DNA of 32,000 nucleotides, taken from Candidatus Saccharimonadota bacterium (GTDB lineage Bacteria > Pseudomonadota > Gammaproteobacteria > Enterobacterales > Enterobacteriaceae). This document shows positions 27,277 to 32,000 of this stretch, piece after piece (position 1 is the stretch's first letter; every line of letters begins with the position of its first letter). Under the pieces are notes generated by a model. That model had not been told where the DNA came from. It made no database searches and worked only from the letters and a program-made list of their open reading frames with translations. The translations under genes and the position numbers were made by a program. The stretch spans positions 330,001-362,000 of the forward strand of contig CP001817.1 of the NCBI GenBank assembly GCA_000217635.1, written 5' to 3'.

Positions 27277-28197
27277 TTAATAAAAATAAAAATTAAAAAA
27301 CATAAAAAAAAACACTATAAAAATTACAAAAATTGATATAAAAAACATAATACGTGACCATACTATATTATTAAAAAATAAACCACCAAAAATAGAAAAA
27401 AAATACCAAAACGATAGAAAAAATGTAGTAAACCATAAATATGTTACGTTAACATAATTTAATAAATATAATAAAAAATTTGAAAAAATTAAAAAAATAA
27501 TACATAAATTTATATTTATTTTAGTTTTTTTTACTCCATATATTACAGAAAATAATGGAATTCCTGCATTCTTATAATCATTTAATCGAAAAATTGAAAT
27601 AGAATAAAAATGTGATATTTGCCAGAAACTATACATAAAAAATATAATAATACAACAAATATCGAAAGTATTTTTAATAGCTATATAACCAACAATAGGT
27701 GGTAATGCTCCAGAAATACTTCCAATGATTGTTGAATAAAAATATTTTCGTTTACAAATATAAGAATATAATAAAATGTATATAAAAAAACCAATTAAAG
27801 ATATAACTATACATAAAATATTAATATATACATAAAATATTATACATCCTATAAAACACAAAAAAAATGAAAGAAACCACAAAAAATATATTAAATATAT
27901 ATTATCTCCAAAAATACATAAAATTCTTTTTTTTGTTCGATTCATGCATTGGTCTATATCTTTATCAAGAATATTATTAATAATACAGGCCGATGAAATA
28001 ATACATATCATGCTTATAATACTTTTAATTAATACACTATATTTTATCTGTCCTTTTGATGCTAATAAAAATCCACTAATCAGCGCTATAATATTTCCAA
28101 AAATTATTCCCGGTTTAAAAATTTTTATAAAATCAAATATATAGTAAGTATAAAAATAATAAATTTTTTTTAATGATTTAAATGTCCCATTACCCAT
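27277..28197 (-). CDS. cyoE: Protoheme IX farnesyltransferase (heme O synthase). The start is placed at an internal ATG with an AGGA 6 nt upstream, and the frame is continuous with cyoD.
   Basis: From M100 of the 405-aa ORF: ...KPGIIFGNIIALISGFLLASKG, NNILDKDID..M.RTKKR, GSISGALPPIVGY and WQISHFYSISIFRLNDYKNAGIP, all collinear with E. coli CyoE. Confidence 0.9.
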   Translation of the reverse strand: MGNGTFKSLKKIYYFYTYYIFDFIKIFKPGIIFGNIIALISGFLLASKGQIKYSVLIKSIISMICIISSACIINNILDKDIDQCMNRTKKRILCIFGDNIYLIYFLWFLSFFLCFIGCIIFYVYINILCIVISLIGFFIYILLYSYICKRKYFYSTIIGSISGALPPIVGYIAIKNTFDICCIIIFFMYSFWQISHFYSISIFRLNDYKNAGIPLFSVIYGVKKTKININLCIIFLIFSNFLLYLLNYVNVTYLWFTTFFLSFWYFFSIFGGLFFNNIVWSRIMFFISIFVIFIVFFFMFFNFYFY

Positions 28198-28494
28198 AAC
28201 GATCCTATACAAATAATACTTATAATTAACGCAGTAAAAAATAAAAAAACAGAATACCAATAATTTTTTATAAGATAATTTAAAATGTAAGAAATATTTA
28301 TATTGAAAAAAAATTTGCATTATTGCAAATAAAAATATAAAAAATCGAGTAATTTTTATAGAAAAAAAAATCAAAATGTGAAATAAAAAACATAAAAATA
28401 TATAGAATAACTGAAATAAAAAAACAATAATGTTTTTATTAAAAAAATAATTTTTTATGTTTATAAATGTATAAAAAAACTTTTTTATATTCAT
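28198..28494 (-). CDS. cyoD: Cytochrome bo3 ubiquinol oxidase subunit IV, lacking its own stop codon (reads through into cyoE)
   Basis: The first 99 codons of the 405-aa ORF include NIKNYFF... and FAIMQIFFQYKYFLHF (E. coli AVVQVLVHLVCFLHM). It sits between cyoC and cyoE as in cyoABCDE. There is no in-frame stop before the cyoE ATG at 28197. Confidence 0.7.
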
Positions 28495-28542
28495 AAATAA
28501 CCTTTGTTTATATATAAAATAATTCTTTAATAAAATATAGTT

Positions 28543-29166
28543 TTATAAGTAAATGCACAAAATTAAAATAATCCACATAATATCTAAAAAATGCCAAAAA
28601 AGATTAAAGCAAAGTAACGAACTACGTATATGTTTTATTTTTTGTAGAAAAAATATTTGTAATAAAATAATTACTAACCATAATATTCCGATTATCACAT
28701 GAAAAAAATGAAATCCTAATAATACAAAAAAAGATGATATACATCCATGATATGTTGGATTAAATCCTAGTGATAATAAATGAGAAAACTCACGAAACTC
28801 AAAAAAAACAAATAAAATACCTAAAAAAAGAGTATTTAATAAAAATAAACAACCTAATTTTATTGATTTTTTATTTAACGAAGTTGTAGCCATTTTACAA
28901 GTTAAAGAACTTAACAAAAGTATTGTTGTTTCTAAAAACACAAGAGATAAAGAAAATATTTTTTTTTTAAAAAAATATAAATCATTTCTATAGTTTGACA
29001 TAAATAAAAATACAATTAATAGAACCGCAAAAATAATACAATCACTCATCAAATAAATCCAAAATCCAAAAATACTATTCTCTTCTGATGTAGATAATTC
29101 TTGTTGACCGCTAGTGTCAACAATTTTTTTAACAGTATTACTCTGAACATTCATCTTCTTAATCAT
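28543..29166 (-). CDS. cyoC: Cytochrome bo3 ubiquinol oxidase subunit III
   Basis: 207-aa ORF with IFGFWIYLMSDCIIF and CFNLFWHFLDIMWI (E. coli IFGFWIYLMSDCILF, LSLFWHFLDVVWI). Confidence 0.93.
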   Translation of the reverse strand: MIKKMNVQSNTVKKIVDTSGQQELSTSEENSIFGFWIYLMSDCIIFAVLLIVFLFMSNYRNDLYFFKKKIFSLSLVFLETTILLLSSLTCKMATTSLNKKSIKLGCLFLLNTLFLGILFVFFEFREFSHLLSLGFNPTYHGCISSFFVLLGFHFFHVIIGILWLVIILLQIFFLQKIKHIRSSLLCFNLFWHFLDIMWIILILCIYL

Positions 29167-29168
29167 AT

Positions 29169-31151
29169 TTAACCTTTTTTTATATTATTTAAAATAAATT
29201 TTTTTTCTTCTGCTTCAATTGTAGATTTAGAGATTATATATCCTTTATTTACAGTACAGTTATGTTTTATAAATAATAAAAAAATAAAAAAAACTGAAAA
29301 AATACTTAAATACCAAATGTGCCAAACCATAGAAAAACCAAATAATATGCAAAAAAAACCAATTAAGATTCCTAAATTACTATTACAAGGCATATGTATA
29401 TCTTCATAAATGATATTATTATTTTTTTTGCTTTTTAAATTCTTATCTTGCCAAAAAGAATCTCTCTCTGTCACCAAAGGAAGGACAGAAAAATTATAAA
29501 CAGGCGGTGGCGATGATATTGACCATTCTAATGTTCTTCCATTCCATGGATCACCTGTATAATCAATATAATCTATTTTTCTTCTATTTTTTATAGATAA
29601 ATATAATTGTATTACCTGCGATAATATCCCTAAAAAAATTATAAAAACACCAATAGCAGCTATTATTAATAAATTATGAAATTTATAATCAATATTTTGA
29701 CCAAGACGACGAGTCATACCTAACATACCTAATATATATAAAGGCATAAAAGCTATAAAAAAACCAATTAACCATAACCAAAATGAATAAATTCCCCACT
29801 TTTCATTTAACTTAAAACCAAAAATTTTTGGAAACCAATAAGTAATACCTGCAAAACAACCAAATACCACTCCACCAATAATAACATTATGAAAATGAGC
29901 CACTAAAAATAAACTATTATGAAAAACAAAATCGATAGGTGGTATAGATAACAGTACACCGGCCATTCCTCCTATTGAAAATGTAATTAAAAAACCAATC
30001 GTCCATAACATGGATAAATGAAGTCTAATACGACCTCCATACATAGTAAATAACCAATTAAATATTTTTACTCCAGTTGGAATAGCAATAATCATAGTAG
30101 TAATACTAAAAAAACTATTCACATGAGGTCCGGAACCCATTGTAAAAAAATGATGTAACCAAACAATAAAAGATAGAACGGTGATTACTATTGTAGCCCA
30201 AATTAATGAAACATATCCAAATAAAGTTTTTTTTGAAAATGTTGCTACTATTTCTGAAAAAATACCAAAAACCGGAAGAACAAGTATATATACTTCAGGG
30301 TGACCCCAAATCCATATCAAATTAATATACATCATCATATTTCCACCCATATTATTGGTAAAAAAATGAAAACCAACATATCGATCGAAAGTTAATAACA
30401 TTAATGTAACCAATAATACAGGAAAAGATATTAATATCAAAACATTAGTACATAATGCAGTCCATGTAAATACAGGTAATTTAAACATTGTCATTCCTGG
30501 AGCTCGCATTTTTAAAATAGTAACTAAAAAATTAATTGCAGTTAATGTAGCCCCTATACCTGAAATTTGTAAAATCCAAATCCAGTAATCCACCCCTACC
30601 CCTGGACTATATTGAATACCTGATAATGGAGGATAACCTAACCATCCAGTTTTCGCAAACTCTCCCAACCCTAATGATAATGTCATTAATATTACTGAAC
30701 CAGCAGTTAACCAAAAACTGATGCTATTTAAAATAGGAAAAGCGAAATCACGTGCGCCTATTTGTAGTGGGACTATATAATTCATTAAACCAATCACAAG
30801 AGGCATAGCTACAAAAAAAATCATTATTACCCCGTGAGCTGTAAATACTTGATCATAATGATGTGAAGGAAATAAACCAAGATATCCGCATGATACTAAT
30901 ACTTGTTGTAATCTCATCATAATCGCATCAATAAATCCGCGAATTAGCATAATAAATGCTAAAATTAAATACATTATAGCGATTTTTTTATGATCTACAG
31001 ATGTTAACCATTCAGACCATAAATATGTCCATTTTTTAAAAAAAGTAATACTAATTAATCCACAAAAGAAAACAAAAAGGATAATAAAACACGTCATCAT
31101 AATAACTGGATCATGATAAGGAATTGCATTAAAAGTTAATTTTCCAAGCAT
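29169..31151 (-). CDS. cyoB: Cytochrome bo3 ubiquinol oxidase subunit I
   Basis: 660-aa ORF, near-collinear with E. coli CyoB: [78 protein letters not shown] Shine-Dalgarno motif lies 9 nt upstream. Confidence 0.98.
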   Translation of the reverse strand: MLGKLTFNAIPYHDPVIMMTCFIILFVFFCGLISITFFKKWTYLWSEWLTSVDHKKIAIMYLILAFIMLIRGFIDAIMMRLQQVLVSCGYLGLFPSHHYDQVFTAHGVIMIFFVAMPLVIGLMNYIVPLQIGARDFAFPILNSISFWLTAGSVILMTLSLGLGEFAKTGWLGYPPLSGIQYSPGVGVDYWIWILQISGIGATLTAINFLVTILKMRAPGMTMFKLPVFTWTALCTNVLILISFPVLLVTLMLLTFDRYVGFHFFTNNMGGNMMMYINLIWIWGHPEVYILVLPVFGIFSEIVATFSKKTLFGYVSLIWATIVITVLSFIVWLHHFFTMGSGPHVNSFFSITTMIIAIPTGVKIFNWLFTMYGGRIRLHLSMLWTIGFLITFSIGGMAGVLLSIPPIDFVFHNSLFLVAHFHNVIIGGVVFGCFAGITYWFPKIFGFKLNEKWGIYSFWLWLIGFFIAFMPLYILGMLGMTRRLGQNIDYKFHNLLIIAAIGVFIIFLGILSQVIQLYLSIKNRRKIDYIDYTGDPWNGRTLEWSISSPPPVYNFSVLPLVTERDSFWQDKNLKSKKNNNIIYEDIHMPCNSNLGILIGFFCILFGFSMVWHIWYLSIFSVFFIFLLFIKHNCTVNKGYIISKSTIEAEEKKFILNNIKKG

Positions 31152-31205
31152 ACTTACTCCATAATTGTATCTATTTTATTTTACTCTATTATATTTATTA
31201 TAAAA

Positions 31206-32000
31206 CTATACTTGATATTTAATCATATTAATTATTTTATAAAACAATAATGGATCTACATATGAAAAATATTGTATAAAAATATTCCCAGAAGGTTTAG
31301 AAATTTTTAAAAATTGTTTTTTAAAGATCAATTTATTTTTTGATAATTTAACTTCTTTAATCCACGCATTTAATCTAGAAAAATTTTCTACAATATGAAC
31401 ATTAAATTTCATATTCGAAAAACCTTTTCCACTATAATTAGCAGAAATTCCTTTATATATTCCTGTTTTACCTGTTTTTAAATTTAATGTAGTTTTCATT
31501 CCTGCCATAGCATATATCTGACTTCCTAAATCAGGAATAAAAAAAGAATTCATGATAGAATTAGATGTAATATTAAAATTTACTGCTGTATTTTTTGGTA
31601 AAAAAATTTCATTAATTGTTGCTATTTTATATTGAGGGTAAATAAATAACCAACGCCAATCTAAAGCTATAGCGTCAATAAAAAGTACCGGATTACTACT
31701 TTTTAATGATTTTTTAGGATCTAATAAGTGTGTTGATTTATAAGACAAAGTTGCTAAAAAAATTACTATACAAATTGGAATAATCCAAATTAGTATTTCT
31801 AAAAATGTTGAATGTGACCAATTCGGAATATAATGCTTATCCATATTAATTTCATTATATTTATATACAATATAAAATGTTAATAAAAAAACAGGAAGGA
31901 CTATAGCTAGCATAGTTTTAAACGCTAACAATATTAATTCTAATTCAATACGAGAAATATCACCATTCACGCATACATATATATATTTACTATATTTATA
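31206..32000 (-). CDS. cyoA: Cytochrome bo3 ubiquinol oxidase subunit II; the 5' end runs off the window end
   Basis: The ORF carries PNWSHS, LDWRWLFIYP, NSIMNSFFIPDLGSQIYAMAGM and ISANYSGKGFSNMKF. The GTG at 31970 in the ORF track is not the true start. The frame stays open to 32000 (..YKYSKYIYVC VNGD..), and the E. coli protein has about 25 more N-terminal residues. Confidence 0.93.
   Translation of the reverse strand, partial: YKYSKYIYVCVNGDISRIELELILLAFKTMLAIVLPVFLLTFYIVYKYNEINMDKHYIPNWSHSTFLEILIWIIPICIVIFLATLSYKSTHLLDPKKSLKSSNPVLFIDAIALDWRWLFIYPQYKIATINEIFLPKNTAVNFNITSNSIMNSFFIPDLGSQIYAMAGMKTTLNLKTGKTGIYKGISANYSGKGFSNMKFNVHIVENFSRLNAWIKEVKLSKNKLIFKKQFLKISKPSGNIFIQYFSYVDPLLFYKIINMIKYQV

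Noticed and set aside
27944-28144. 66-aa plus-strand ORF inside cyoE
   Set aside because: It lies antisense to conserved cyoE and has no motif support.

Overview
This window is a collinear chromosomal segment from an extremely A+T-rich, reduced gammaproteobacterial obligate endosymbiont. A+T is roughly four-fifths by eye; I did not count it. Gene content and order resemble a Buchnera aphidicola-type genome: ygfZ(-) | prfB-lysS-lysA, miaB-ybeY, leuS-holA, tusA | asd(-) | yhgN, pgk-fbaA-mscS, recC-recB-recD | tRNA-fMet(-) | nusB, tusE | cyoE-D-C-B-A(-). The organism assignment is inference from synteny and composition. I found no transposase, integrase, phage, CRISPR, toxin or defence cargo, and no obviously novel gene system. 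The unusual signal is at the reading-frame level. Nearly every frame lesion I traced by hand sits in an A or T homopolymer. (1) Housekeeping genes lysS, lysA, miaB and leuS keep long ORFs, but each hides a short stretch translated out of frame between two homopolymers. The upstream tract is one base short and the downstream tract one base long, and the alternative frame matches orthologues far better. (2) ybeY, mscS, recC, recB and recD carry uncompensated homopolymer frameshifts. recB has about 9 consecutive -1 shifts plus an in-frame TAA, and recD has 4 shifts. The ORF-track fragments in 20.3-25.7 kb are therefore pieces of a decaying recBCD operon. Other points: prfB is in frame but keeps a fossil of the RF2 +1 frameshift cassette. 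cyoD has no stop codon and reads straight into cyoE. A perfect 5 x 8 bp tandem repeat follows recD. The initiator tRNA has an A1xA72 end. lptE, ybeZ and ptrA have been cleanly excised from otherwise conserved operons. All orthologue comparisons are against E. coli sequences recalled from memory; no database search was possible.
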